Source: Candidatus Flemingiibacterium sp. (GTDB taxonomy: Bacteria; Bacillota; Clostridia; Oscillospirales; CAG-272). Taken from it: a stretch of DNA of 64,000 nt. The translations under genes and the position numbers were made by a program. This document shows, piece by piece, positions 38,491 to 47,411 of the stretch (positions within the stretch are counted from its first letter, which is position 1; each line of letters begins with the position of its first letter). A model generated the notes under the pieces. That model did not search any database, was not told the DNA's origin, and saw only the letters and a list, made by a program, of their open reading frames with translations. The stretch is from NCBI GenBank assembly GCA_045636265.1, contig JAZTXD010000102.1:5034-69033 (forward strand). Direction: 5' to 3'.

Positions 38491-39744
38491 ATGTCAAAGA
38501 TTGACCTTGTAATAATCGGAGGAGGCCCTGCCGGAATGAGTGCCGCACTTGCCGCATATAACGCGGGACTTCGCGACATTCTCATACTTGAGAGAGATAA
38601 GAGTCTTGGCGGTATTCTGCGCCAGTGCATTCACAACGGATTCGGTTTGCACCGCTTTGGCGAGGAGCTTACGGGACCGGAATATGCGTACCGCTACGAA
38701 AAAGAGGTTCGCGAGCGCGGTATTGCGTTTAAGCTTAACACTATGGTGCTTGATATCACACCCGATAAAGTTGTCACCGCTATGAACAGCGAGGACGGTA
38801 TATTTACCCTTGAAGCCAAGGCTGTGATTCTCGCTATGGGATGCCGTGAGCGTCCCAAGGGAGCGCTCAATATTGCCGGATATCGTCCGGCAGGTATTTT
38901 TACAGCGGGTACCGCACAGAAGTTTGTGAACATAGACGGATATATGCCGGGCAAAGAGGTGGTTATCCTCGGTTCGGGCGACATCGGACTTATTATGGCA
39001 AGAAGAATGACGCTTGAGGGCGCGAAGGTAAAGGCTGTATGCGAGCTTATGCCGTATTCGGGCGGACTTATCAGAAACATAGAGCAGTGCCTCAACGATT
39101 TCGGTATTCCGCTTATGTTAAGTCACACAGTAACCGAGATTCACGGCAAGGAGCGCGTGACGGGTGTTACCATTGCAAAGGTGGATGAAAAGCGCCGACC
39201 TATTCCCGAAACAAAGCAATATATCGCGTGCGACACGCTTATGTTATCGGTTGGTCTTATCCCCGAAAACGAGCTTACAAAGAGTGCCGGTATTCCGCTC
39301 GACCGCATCACAAACGGTGCTGTTGTTGACCAGAACAGACAGACCGAGGTTGACGGAATATTCTCCTGCGGCAACGTTTTGCATGTGCATGACCTTGTTG
39401 ACTACGCCTGCGAGGAAGCAGATATTGCCGGAAAAGCCGCAGCTGCATACATTGGCGGCAATATGAAAAATGATGCCGACATTAAGCTTCAGGTTGACGG
39501 AAAGGTTCGTTACACAGTTCCGCAGCGTATAAGCGCATATGAAGATGTGACGGTGTATTTCCGTGTTGCTGATGTTTACCGTGATGCACGCATTGTGGTG
39601 AAAAGCGGCGATAAGGTGCTTGTGGGCAAGAAAAAGCAGAAGCTCGCACCGGGCGAAATGGAAACTGTCACGCTGACACGTGAGATGCTTCTTGATGCTT
39701 CGGACGGCGCTATAACATTTGCCATAGAGAATGAGGAAAGGTAG
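38491..39744 (+). CDS. FAD/NAD(P)-dependent pyridine nucleotide-disulfide-type oxidoreductase
   Basis: DLVIIGGGPAGMSAA and a second VVILGSGDIGL Rossmann motif. This is the usual partner of the GlpA-like gene in Clostridia, as far as I remember. Confidence 0.8.
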   Translation: MSKIDLVIIGGGPAGMSAALAAYNAGLRDILILERDKSLGGILRQCIHNGFGLHRFGEELTGPEYAYRYEKEVRERGIAFKLNTMVLDITPDKVVTAMNSEDGIFTLEAKAVILAMGCRERPKGALNIAGYRPAGIFTAGTAQKFVNIDGYMPGKEVVILGSGDIGLIMARRMTLEGAKVKAVCELMPYSGGLIRNIEQCLNDFGIPLMLSHTVTEIHGKERVTGVTIAKVDEKRRPIPETKQYIACDTLMLSVGLIPENELTKSAGIPLDRITNGAVVDQNRQTEVDGIFSCGNVLHVHDLVDYACEEADIAGKAAAAYIGGNMKNDADIKLQVDGKVRYTVPQRISAYEDVTVYFRVADVYRDARIVVKSGDKVLVGKKKQKLAPGEMETVTLTREMLLDASDGAITFAIENEER

Positions 39745-39753
39745 GCGGTATAT

Positions 39754-40107
39754 ATGACTTGTGAACTCACTTGTATAGTTTGTCCCAAGGGTTGTCAGCT
39801 CACAGTAGAGCTTGACGGCAAAAACATACTTTCCGTTACCGGACACACCTGCAAGCGCGGCGAAGTATACGCCATAAACGAATGTACGGCACCTATGCGT
39901 ACACTTACAACTACCGCTCCCGTGAAAGGCGGCGGCGTTGTCCCGGTTAAGACTGACCGCGCTATTCCCAAAGAGATGCTGTTTGACTGCATGAGGGAGA
40001 TAAACGCTGTGCGTGTTGATCCTGATGCCAAAATAGGCGATACCGTGATTGAAAACATCCTCGGCACGGGCGCAAATGTTATCACGACAAGGAATGTGAA
40101 AGTATGA
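39754..40107 (+). CDS. DUF1667 domain protein (Cys-rich third subunit of the GlpA-like cluster)
   Basis: 117 aa. LTCIVCPKGCQL...GHTCKRG motif. Confidence 0.72.
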   Translation: MTCELTCIVCPKGCQLTVELDGKNILSVTGHTCKRGEVYAINECTAPMRTLTTTAPVKGGGVVPVKTDRAIPKEMLFDCMREINAVRVDPDAKIGDTVIENILGTGANVITTRNVKV

Positions 40108-40508
40108 ATGTAGTGATTATCGACGGACAGGGCGGTCAGCTTGGTGCACAGCTTGTAAAGGATATTCTGGCAGAGTTTCAGAGTGTCAGCCTCACTGCGA
40201 TAGGAACAAATGCCGCCGCAACTGCCGCTATGCTTAAAGCCGGGGCTAAAAATGCGGCAACCGGCGAAAATCCGGTTATTGTCGCATGCAGAAAAGCGGA
40301 CGTGATTATCGGTCCTGTCGGAATTGTGATTGCGGATTCGCTTTTCGGTGAGATAACGCCGAAAATGGCGCTTGCCGTTGGACAGTCGGATGCCGTGCGT
40401 ATTCTCATTCCGATGAACAAATGCGATAATATTGTTGCAGGTGTCGGCAATTTGAGCACCGCGGCGCTTATAGACGATGCGATTGAAAAATTGCGGGAAC
40501 TTATTTAA
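40104..40508 (+). CDS. DUF3842-like protein
   Basis: 134 aa starting MNVVIIDGQGGQLGAQLVKDI. ATGA overlap with the DUF1667 gene. Confidence 0.55.
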   Translation: MNVVIIDGQGGQLGAQLVKDILAEFQSVSLTAIGTNAAATAAMLKAGAKNAATGENPVIVACRKADVIIGPVGIVIADSLFGEITPKMALAVGQSDAVRILIPMNKCDNIVAGVGNLSTAALIDDAIEKLRELI

Positions 40509-40519
40509 AAGTCAGACTA

Positions 40520-40548
40520 TTGACAAAATAGGACATTTGTGATAAAAT
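40520..40548 (+). promoter_or_regulatory. Sigma-A type promoter of the ECF S-component leader
   Basis: TTGACA (40520-40525), 17-bp spacer, TAAAAT (40543-40548). Confidence 0.6.
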
Positions 40549-40633
40549 AATGTTGCTGTTCAGAAGAATGGCATCAGAGCAGAAGCTTGGTTTGAAAAAA
40601 CTTATACCATAAATTCAAAAAGATGCTATGAAG

Positions 40634-40669
40634 GTGTCATTATCTCAGAAGGGGTAGTGGCACTTTTTT
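40634..40669 (+). terminator. Leader (attenuator) terminator upstream of the ECF S-component gene
   Basis: 10-bp stem GTGTCATTAT / GTAGTGGCAC (three G-U pairs) followed by TTTTTT, ending 22 nt before the ATG. Confidence 0.5.
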
Positions 40670-40691
40670 GCATTTTTTAGGAGGAACCAAT

Positions 40692-41231
40692 ATGAAAATT
40701 CACAGCAAAATCAAAAGAACCGTCCTTGCGGCGCTGTTTCTGGCACTTGCCTACGTTATGCCATTTCTGACGGGACAGATCCCCGAAATCGGCTCTATGC
40801 TTTGTCCGATGCACATTCCCGTGCTGCTTTGCGGATTTATATGCGGCTGGCCTTGGGGGCTCGCGGTGGGATTTGCCGCACCGGTATTTCGTGCTCTGAC
40901 GCTCGGTATGCCGCCGATATTTCCAACAGCCGTTTGTATGGCGTTTGAGCTTGCAGCGTACGGCGCTGTGGCGGGCCTTATGCACAAGCTTCTTCCTCGC
41001 AAGAAGCCGTACATCTACTGTTCGCTTATAGCGGCAATGATTGTCGGAAGACTTGTTTGGGGAGCGGCGATGTATGCTGCAATGATGGCAAGCGGCAAAG
41101 CGTTCACATTCGCGGCATTTATAGCCGGGGCGATAACAAATGCTGTACCGGGGATTATAGTCCAGCTTCTTCTCATTCCGATTTTCGTTATGGTACTTGA
41201 CAGACCGGCGGTGCTTGGAAACATAGAATAA
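40692..41231 (+). CDS. ECF-transporter substrate-specific (S) component, substrate unknown
   Basis: About 180 aa with 5-6 TM segments and a PFLTGQIPEIGSMLCPMHIPVLLCGF motif. ATG at 40692 follows AGGAGG. Confidence 0.6.
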   Translation: MKIHSKIKRTVLAALFLALAYVMPFLTGQIPEIGSMLCPMHIPVLLCGFICGWPWGLAVGFAAPVFRALTLGMPPIFPTAVCMAFELAAYGAVAGLMHKLLPRKKPYIYCSLIAAMIVGRLVWGAAMYAAMMASGKAFTFAAFIAGAITNAVPGIIVQLLLIPIFVMVLDRPAVLGNIE

Positions 41232-41271
41232 AACATAACAAAAAGGGCTGTTGCAGAAATGTAACAGCCCC

Positions 41272-41300
41272 TTGACATATTGCAGGATTTTTGGTACAAT
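41272..41300 (+). promoter_or_regulatory. Sigma-A type promoter of htpG
   Basis: TTGACA (41272-41277), 17-bp spacer, TACAAT (41295-41300). Immediately preceded by the hairpin GGGCTGTT...AACAGCCC (41245-41270). Confidence 0.55.
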
Positions 41301-41365
41301 ATATAGTGAGATTTTATGTTCAAAAATGAAAATGGCAAAATACACACAAAAAGAGGTACAGCATT

Positions 41366-43237
41366 ATGTCAGACGAAATCAAAAATACCGAGAAAGGCGG
41401 AATATCCGTCGAGATCGAACACATATTTCCGATAATCAAAAAGTGGCTCTATTCCGAGAAGGAAATCTTTCTTCGCGAAATAGTTTCAAACGCATGCGAC
41501 GCCGTTACAAAGATGAAGCGTCTTGCATCTCTCGGCGAAGCTGAGATAGAAGAGGCACCGAACTATAAGATCACTGTAACTGTTGACAAGGCGACAAAGA
41601 CGCTTACCGTTTCCGATAACGGTATCGGTATGACCGAGGATGAGGTTCGCCGTTACATCTGTCAGATTGCGCTTTCGGGTGCACTTGAGTTCATTGAAAA
41701 ATATGAAGGCGAAAATACCGACGGTGCGGCTGACGGTATAATCGGTCACTTCGGACTCGGATTTTACTCCGCGTTTATGGTCAGCGACACTGTTGACGTT
41801 ATCACACGCTCCTACAAGAGCGAGAGCGCGGTCAAATGGGTTTGCTCCGAGGCGGGCGAATATGAAATAACCACTGATTACTATCGCTCAGAGCGCGGCA
41901 CGGACGTTGTTATGCATATCATGGACGACGAAGCGGAGTTCCTTGACGAGAACCGTATACGCACTATGCTCGACAAATACTGCTCGTTCATGCCCGTGGA
42001 GATATATCTTAACACAGAAAAGGAAGAGTCCGAGGATAATGCTGACGCAGAAGTGAAACCGGTCAACGATATTCATCCGCTCTGGCAGAAGAACCCCTCC
42101 GAATGTACAGATGAGGAGTATGACGAATTCTATCACAAGGTATTCTCGGATTTCCGCGAGCCGCTTTTCCATATTCATCTTAACGCAGACTATCCGCTCA
42201 ATTTTCGCGGAATACTCTATTTTCCCCAGCTCTCGCACGAGTATGAGAGCCTTGAAGGACAGGTAAAGCTTTACTACAATCAGGTTTTCGTTGCGGACAA
42301 TATCAAGGAAGTTATTCCCGAGTTCCTGCTTATGTTAAGAGGTGTACTTGACTGTCCCGAGCTTCCGCTCAACGTTTCGAGAAGCTATCTGCAAAACAGC
42401 GGATATGTTGCGAAGATTTCCGCGCATATCGTTAAAAAGGTTGCGGACAAGCTCACGTCTATGTTTAACCTCGAGCGCGAGAATTATGAAAAGCTTTGGA
42501 CTGACCTCAAAACATTCGTTGAGTACGGTTCTCTTCGTGACCGCAAGTTCTATGAGAGAGTAAAGTCCGCAATTATCTATGCCACAACCGATGGCAGATT
42601 CGTAACGCTTGACGAATATCTCGAAAAGGCAAAGGAAAAGCACGAGAATACCGTTTACTACGCGGCAGACGTTACCGCGCAGGCACAGTACATCTCAATG
42701 TTCGCTGATGAGGGAATAGATGTTGTTGTGCTTGACAAGATGATAGACACGCAGTTTATAAACATCGTTGAGCAGGAAAATGCGGGCGTGAAGTTTGTCC
42801 GTATTGACGCGGACGTTGCCGGAGCACTCAAGGCAGAGGGCGAGGCGGCGGAAAACGAAAAGCTTGCCGAGATTTTCAAAGCTGTCAGCGCTGACGAAAA
42901 CCTCAAGGTAACATTTGAGCTTCTTAAAAATGCAAAGATACCCGCTGTGCTCAATATTTCCGAGCAGTCGCGCCGAATGGAAGACATGATGCGTATGTAC
43001 CGCAGAAACGGCGGTGGGGCGGATGACTTCAAGTTCCCCACGGAGATAAATCTTGTTGTAAATGCGGCAAGTCCGCTTATAAAGCGCCTTGAGGATGTTC
43101 TTTCCGCTGATGAGGAAAAGGCAAGTAAGCTCGCAAAGCAGATATATACATTGGCACTTCTCGCACAGCGTCAGCTCACGGCAGAGGAACTTCAGTCGTT
43201 CCTTTCAGACAGCTTCGATATGCTTGAAAATATCTGA
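41366..43237 (+). CDS. htpG: Molecular chaperone HtpG (Hsp90)
   Basis: EKEIFLREIVSNACDA, DNGIGMT and GHFGLGFYSAFMV motifs. Confidence 0.95.
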   Translation: MSDEIKNTEKGGISVEIEHIFPIIKKWLYSEKEIFLREIVSNACDAVTKMKRLASLGEAEIEEAPNYKITVTVDKATKTLTVSDNGIGMTEDEVRRYICQIALSGALEFIEKYEGENTDGAADGIIGHFGLGFYSAFMVSDTVDVITRSYKSESAVKWVCSEAGEYEITTDYYRSERGTDVVMHIMDDEAEFLDENRIRTMLDKYCSFMPVEIYLNTEKEESEDNADAEVKPVNDIHPLWQKNPSECTDEEYDEFYHKVFSDFREPLFHIHLNADYPLNFRGILYFPQLSHEYESLEGQVKLYYNQVFVADNIKEVIPEFLLMLRGVLDCPELPLNVSRSYLQNSGYVAKISAHIVKKVADKLTSMFNLERENYEKLWTDLKTFVEYGSLRDRKFYERVKSAIIYATTDGRFVTLDEYLEKAKEKHENTVYYAADVTAQAQYISMFADEGIDVVVLDKMIDTQFINIVEQENAGVKFVRIDADVAGALKAEGEAAENEKLAEIFKAVSADENLKVTFELLKNAKIPAVLNISEQSRRMEDMMRMYRRNGGGADDFKFPTEINLVVNAASPLIKRLEDVLSADEEKASKLAKQIYTLALLAQRQLTAEELQSFLSDSFDMLENI

Positions 43238-43261
43238 TAAAACCAAGGAAGTGACGTAAAA

Positions 43262-44350
43262 ATGGCATCGGTCTACGGTTCAAAATTAAAGCTCTCCGTT
43301 TTCGGTGAATCGCACGGAGAGGGAATAGGCGTTGTTATCGACGGATTCCCGGCAGGTGTGAAGCTGGACCTTGACTATATTGGGGCGTTTATGGAACGCC
43401 GCGCTCCCGGTGGGCGCTTTTCAACCAAAAGACGCGAAGCGGATATTCCGCGCATTGTGAGCGGTGTGTCCGACGGGTATACAAACGGATATCCGATATG
43501 CTCCATTATCGAAAATACAAACCAGCGCTCGTCCTCATACGGGGATAAGATGACGGTCCCGCGTCCGAGCCATGCAGACTTTGCCGCCGCTATAAAATAC
43601 GGTGAGCATGTGGAGCTTCACGGAGGCGGACACTTTTCCGGAAGACTTACGGCGCCGCTCGTTTTCGCCGGTGCGCTCTGTTCGCTCTACCTTGCCGAAA
43701 AGGACGTTGATATAGCCGCTCACATAAAGCAGATGCTTGACGTTTGCGACAGCGGGTTTGATATGAACATTGCGAGTGAGCAGTTCAGCGTGCTCCGTCA
43801 AAACGACTTTCCGACAATCGACAGCGCGATAGGCGAAAAGTTCGCCGATATCATAAACGGTGCACAGGCGCGCGGAGATTCGGTTGGTGCAAAGCTTGAA
43901 TGCGCAGTCCTCGGGCTTCCTGCGGCGCTTGGAGAGCACATGTTTGAGAGCGTTGAATCGGAGATTTCGCAGATGATGTTTGCTATCCCCGGCGTTAAGG
44001 GAGTAGAGTTCGGGCTCGGTTTTGATTTTTGCAAAGGATACGGCTCCGAGCTTAACGATGCTTACGAATATAAGAACGGCGAAGTGGTTACCAAGACCAA
44101 CAACTGCGGCGGAATCGTCGGAGGCATGACAACCGGAATGCCGCTTGTGTTCTCGGTTGCACTTAAGCCCACACCGTCAATATTTACCGAGCAGGACTCG
44201 GTGGATCTGACGAAAAAAGAAAACACCACGCTTAAAATTGAGGGCAGACACGACCCGTGTATTGCGGTAAGAGCAGTGCCGGTGGTTGAAGCGTGCTGTG
44301 CCGTGGCGATTACGGAGTTAATGCTTAAAGCGGATGGGAGGAAGCTCTGA
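43262..44350 (+). CDS. aroC: Chorismate synthase
   Basis: FGESHG, SHADF and GGGHFSGR motifs. Confidence 0.94.
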   Translation: MASVYGSKLKLSVFGESHGEGIGVVIDGFPAGVKLDLDYIGAFMERRAPGGRFSTKRREADIPRIVSGVSDGYTNGYPICSIIENTNQRSSSYGDKMTVPRPSHADFAAAIKYGEHVELHGGGHFSGRLTAPLVFAGALCSLYLAEKDVDIAAHIKQMLDVCDSGFDMNIASEQFSVLRQNDFPTIDSAIGEKFADIINGAQARGDSVGAKLECAVLGLPAALGEHMFESVESEISQMMFAIPGVKGVEFGLGFDFCKGYGSELNDAYEYKNGEVVTKTNNCGGIVGGMTTGMPLVFSVALKPTPSIFTEQDSVDLTKKENTTLKIEGRHDPCIAVRAVPVVEACCAVAITELMLKADGRKL

Positions 44351-45300
44351 TGGCTATATTACGTCAGGATATAAACGCGGTTATAAGCGATAACCTTTCA
44401 CTTTTAAATGTTGAGTCGCGCTCTGTTGATGAGCGTCGTCTGGCTCAGCTTCGTGACCGAGCGCTTTTTATAGCAAGGGATGACAGTTTCCTTGACTTGG
44501 ACGGCAGAGTGGAAGAGTTTTCTGCCATGTTTGAGTATTCGGTAATTGAAAGTCCGGTCCCGGAGATAAACACGTATATTTCATCGAAAAACAACAGTCA
44601 GACATTTTCCGATAAGCTGCTCGTGTGTATGTTCCTTGCCGGCATTTATAAGGAGCGGCGTGTTCCGCTTCTTGAACGGCTTTTAAAGGCTACCACAACG
44701 GATGATTCGGCGCGTATAGCGTATTTCCGCAATGCATATGCCGATGCGGCGTTCCGCATATTCTCCGATGTGCTTGACAATCCCTCTGCATTTTACGCAT
44801 CGGATTTCACAGCAGTATGCGAGGAGGTCTACTACGGCAGAGCGGATATGTGCATGCTTCCGCTTGATTCGTCGAGGGATGCGAAGCTTATCAGCTTCTA
44901 TCGCCTGATTGAAAAGTATGAGCTTGCGCCGGTATATTCCTGCGACGTTACCACGCCCGACGGCGAGGTTACCACAAGATATGCGCTCCTTAAGCGCTCG
45001 TTCGGCATACCGAAGAAGGAATATCTCGAAAAGACCGACAGCTGTTTCTTTGAGTTCACGCTTGTTCCCGACGAGGGCGCTTCACTTTGCGATGTACTCG
45101 CGGCGGCAAAGGAATGCGGACTGTCATTCTATAAGGTAGATTCCATTCCGCTTACATACAGCACCAGCAAATTTGCATGCGACGTCATTTTGAAGGTCGG
45201 AAATGCCGAGGCGCTCGATGCGTTCGTGCTTTTCCTGTCCCTTGCGGTACCGCAGTATGAACCTATCGGAATTTATCCGCACATCCGTGCAAAAGATTAA
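44350..45300 (+). CDS. Divergent, apparently truncated prephenate dehydratase-like + ACT-like protein
   Basis: ATGA-coupled to aroC. IAYFRNAYADAAFRIF...YYGRADMCMLPLDSS resembles the PDT N-terminal lobe. TTRYALL sits at the TRF position and VDSIP at the ESRP position. The match is weak and was made by eye. Confidence 0.4.
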   Translation: MAILRQDINAVISDNLSLLNVESRSVDERRLAQLRDRALFIARDDSFLDLDGRVEEFSAMFEYSVIESPVPEINTYISSKNNSQTFSDKLLVCMFLAGIYKERRVPLLERLLKATTTDDSARIAYFRNAYADAAFRIFSDVLDNPSAFYASDFTAVCEEVYYGRADMCMLPLDSSRDAKLISFYRLIEKYELAPVYSCDVTTPDGEVTTRYALLKRSFGIPKKEYLEKTDSCFFEFTLVPDEGASLCDVLAAAKECGLSFYKVDSIPLTYSTSKFACDVILKVGNAEALDAFVLFLSLAVPQYEPIGIYPHIRAKD

Positions 45301-45357
45301 TCACGTGTATAATATTTTCACATAAGTTTAAAATAATTTGAAAGGATACACCATAAA

Positions 45358-45618
45358 ATGAAAAAGACACTTTCCTACATCACCCGCGGCACCTGCTCGC
45401 GCCAGATAGAGCTTGTATGCGAGGATAACACAATTGTTGACGTTAAGTTTATCGGAGGATGCTCCGGCAACACCCAGGGCGTTGCGGCGCTTGTTATCGG
45501 CATGGACATCGATGAGGCTATAAAGCGTATTAAGGGTATCAAATGTGGCCCCAAGCCCACATCCTGCCCCGATCAGCTTGCGTGCGCTCTTGAGGAAATA
45601 AAGGCGCAGGAAGCGTGA
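45358..45618 (+). CDS. TSCPD-domain small Cys-rich protein (TIGR03905-like)
   Basis: 86 aa with ITRGTCSRQI, GGCSGNTQG and PTSCPDQLA. Confidence 0.68.
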   Translation: MKKTLSYITRGTCSRQIELVCEDNTIVDVKFIGGCSGNTQGVAALVIGMDIDEAIKRIKGIKCGPKPTSCPDQLACALEEIKAQEA

Positions 45619-45640
45619 TGTGTTTGTCAAACAGAAATGA

Positions 45641-47371
45641 ATGGAGAAGAATATGACATACCAGGAAAATTATAAGCGTTGGCTTGAGTCGGACAAGGTT
45701 GATGCCGACACAAAGGCAGAGCTCCTTGCCATAAAGGATGATGAGGAGGAGATAAAGCTTCGCTTTGTAAAATACCTCGAATTCGGTACCGCCGGACTTC
45801 GCGGAGTTATGATGGCGGGATCAAACGCGATGAACATTTACACCGTTGCGCACGCAACCCAGGGCTTTGCGGACCTCATAAACAAAGAGGGAAAAGCAGA
45901 TCGCGGTGTTGCCGTAGCTTTCGACTCGCGCAACAATTCCGAGCTGTTTGCTCACTGTGCGGCGAGCGTCCTCGCGGCGAACGGAATAAAGGTTTATATA
46001 TTCGCTTCTCTTCGCCCGACCCCGGTGCTCTCCTTCGCGGTACGCGAGCTTCACACTATCGCCGGTATCAACATCACCGCTTCGCACAATCCGAAGCAGT
46101 ATAACGGCTACAAGGCATATTGGGAGGATGGCGCACAGCTGCCGCCCGATCACGCGGCTACTGTTTCCGAGTTTATAGCGGCGGCGGATATTTTCGATGA
46201 TGTTAAGACCGTTGATTTCGACGAAGCAGTAAAGAGCGGAATGATAGAATATATTTCCGAGGCTGTTGACGAAGCGTATATGAAGAACGTTATCGGTGAG
46301 GCGGTAAATCCGGGTATTATACGTGAGGTTGCCGACACACTTGAAATTGTGTACACTCCTCTTCACGGCGCCGGATACAAGATGATTCCCGAGGTGCTGT
46401 CGCGTGTTGGACTCAAGCACATTGACGTTGTTGACGAGCAGATGGTGCTCGACGGCGATTTCCCCACACTTTCGTATCCGAACCCCGAATTCCCCGAGGC
46501 GTTTGAGCTTGGAATAAAGCTTGCCGAAAAGGTTAACAGCGACCTCATAATCGCCACAGACCCCGATGCTGACCGCGTTGGCATAATGTCGCGCGATAAG
46601 AGCGGCAAATTTGTCCGCCTTACCGGAAACCAGGTGGGCGCACTGCTGCTTGACTATATAATCACAGCGTACGAAGAAACCGGTATGCCGGAAAATCCGT
46701 ATGCTGTAAAAACGATAGTATCCACCGAGCTGATAACCAAGATTTGTGCCGAGCACAATATAAAGCTCCACAATGTTCTGACCGGATTTAAGTTTATCGG
46801 CGAGGTTATAAAGGAATATGAAGTAACCGGACACGACAATTATATTTTCGGTTTTGAGGAGAGCTACGGCTATCTCAAGGGAACCTATGCAAGAGATAAG
46901 GATGCAGTTGTTGCATCCATGCTGCTGTGCGAAATGGCGGCTTACTACAGCACAAAGAACATGACGCTTTGCGATGCTCTGCAGGGACTTTACGAGCGTT
47001 ACGGCTACTACGGCGAGGGCGTTGCCAACATCTTTATGGAAGGCCTTGACGGTGTCGAGCGAATGAAAGCGCTCATGAACCGCTTGAGAAACGATCCGCC
47101 GGAAGAGCTTGCAGGCTACAAGGTTACCGAGCGTCGCGACTATCTTAACGACACTGTTCTCGATGTGGAAACCGGAAAGGTTACAAGCACCGGACTTCCG
47201 TCGTCCAACGTGCTCTACTATGTCACCGAAGCCGGTGACGTGGTTGTTATCCGCCCGTCGGGTACAGAGCCGAAGATAAAGATATATATCCTCGCGCACG
47301 ATGAAGATAAAGCTTCGCTTGATAAGAAGATTGCCGCATATGCGAAAGTAACTGATACTTGGACTAAATAA
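45641..47371 (+). CDS. Phosphoglucomutase/phosphomannomutase family protein
   Basis: Active-site GINITASHNPKQYNGYK and the metal loop ATDPDADR. The start may instead be the ATG at 45653. Confidence 0.9.
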   Translation: MEKNMTYQENYKRWLESDKVDADTKAELLAIKDDEEEIKLRFVKYLEFGTAGLRGVMMAGSNAMNIYTVAHATQGFADLINKEGKADRGVAVAFDSRNNSELFAHCAASVLAANGIKVYIFASLRPTPVLSFAVRELHTIAGINITASHNPKQYNGYKAYWEDGAQLPPDHAATVSEFIAAADIFDDVKTVDFDEAVKSGMIEYISEAVDEAYMKNVIGEAVNPGIIREVADTLEIVYTPLHGAGYKMIPEVLSRVGLKHIDVVDEQMVLDGDFPTLSYPNPEFPEAFELGIKLAEKVNSDLIIATDPDADRVGIMSRDKSGKFVRLTGNQVGALLLDYIITAYEETGMPENPYAVKTIVSTELITKICAEHNIKLHNVLTGFKFIGEVIKEYEVTGHDNYIFGFEESYGYLKGTYARDKDAVVASMLLCEMAAYYSTKNMTLCDALQGLYERYGYYGEGVANIFMEGLDGVERMKALMNRLRNDPPEELAGYKVTERRDYLNDTVLDVETGKVTSTGLPSSNVLYYVTEAGDVVVIRPSGTEPKIKIYILAHDEDKASLDKKIAAYAKVTDTWTK

Positions 47372-47377
47372 AAGATG

Positions 47378-47411
47378 CACCGGCTTGGGTTTATACCAAG
47401 CCGGTGTTTTT
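47378..47411 (+). terminator. Rho-independent terminator after pgm
   Basis: CACCGGCTTGG-GTTTATA-CCAAGCCGGTG followed by TTTTT. Confidence 0.85.

Noticed and set aside
40549-40691. An attempt to assign the ECF S-component leader to a known riboswitch class (TPP, FMN, preQ1-I, THF).
   Set aside because: I could not find the conserved cores I remember, such as the CUGAGA/ACCUGA of TPP, the FMN AGGAUAGU-type core, the preQ1 stem plus A-rich tail in proper register, or the THF pseudoknot. It is left unclassified rather than named.
41251-41544. A 97-aa ORF overlapping the htpG promoter and start.
   Set aside because: It is out of frame with htpG, starts inside the promoter, is highly basic junk, and the htpG frame carries clear Hsp90 motifs.
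45821-47380. A 519-aa ORF on the minus strand spanning almost the whole phosphoglucomutase gene.
   Set aside because: It is exactly antisense to a gene with strong family motifs (TASHNP, DPDADR). Its composition is Arg/Cys/His/Leu/Val-heavy junk with no RBS or recognisable motif. Stop-free antisense frames recur opposite many genes here, which is a codon-usage artefact.
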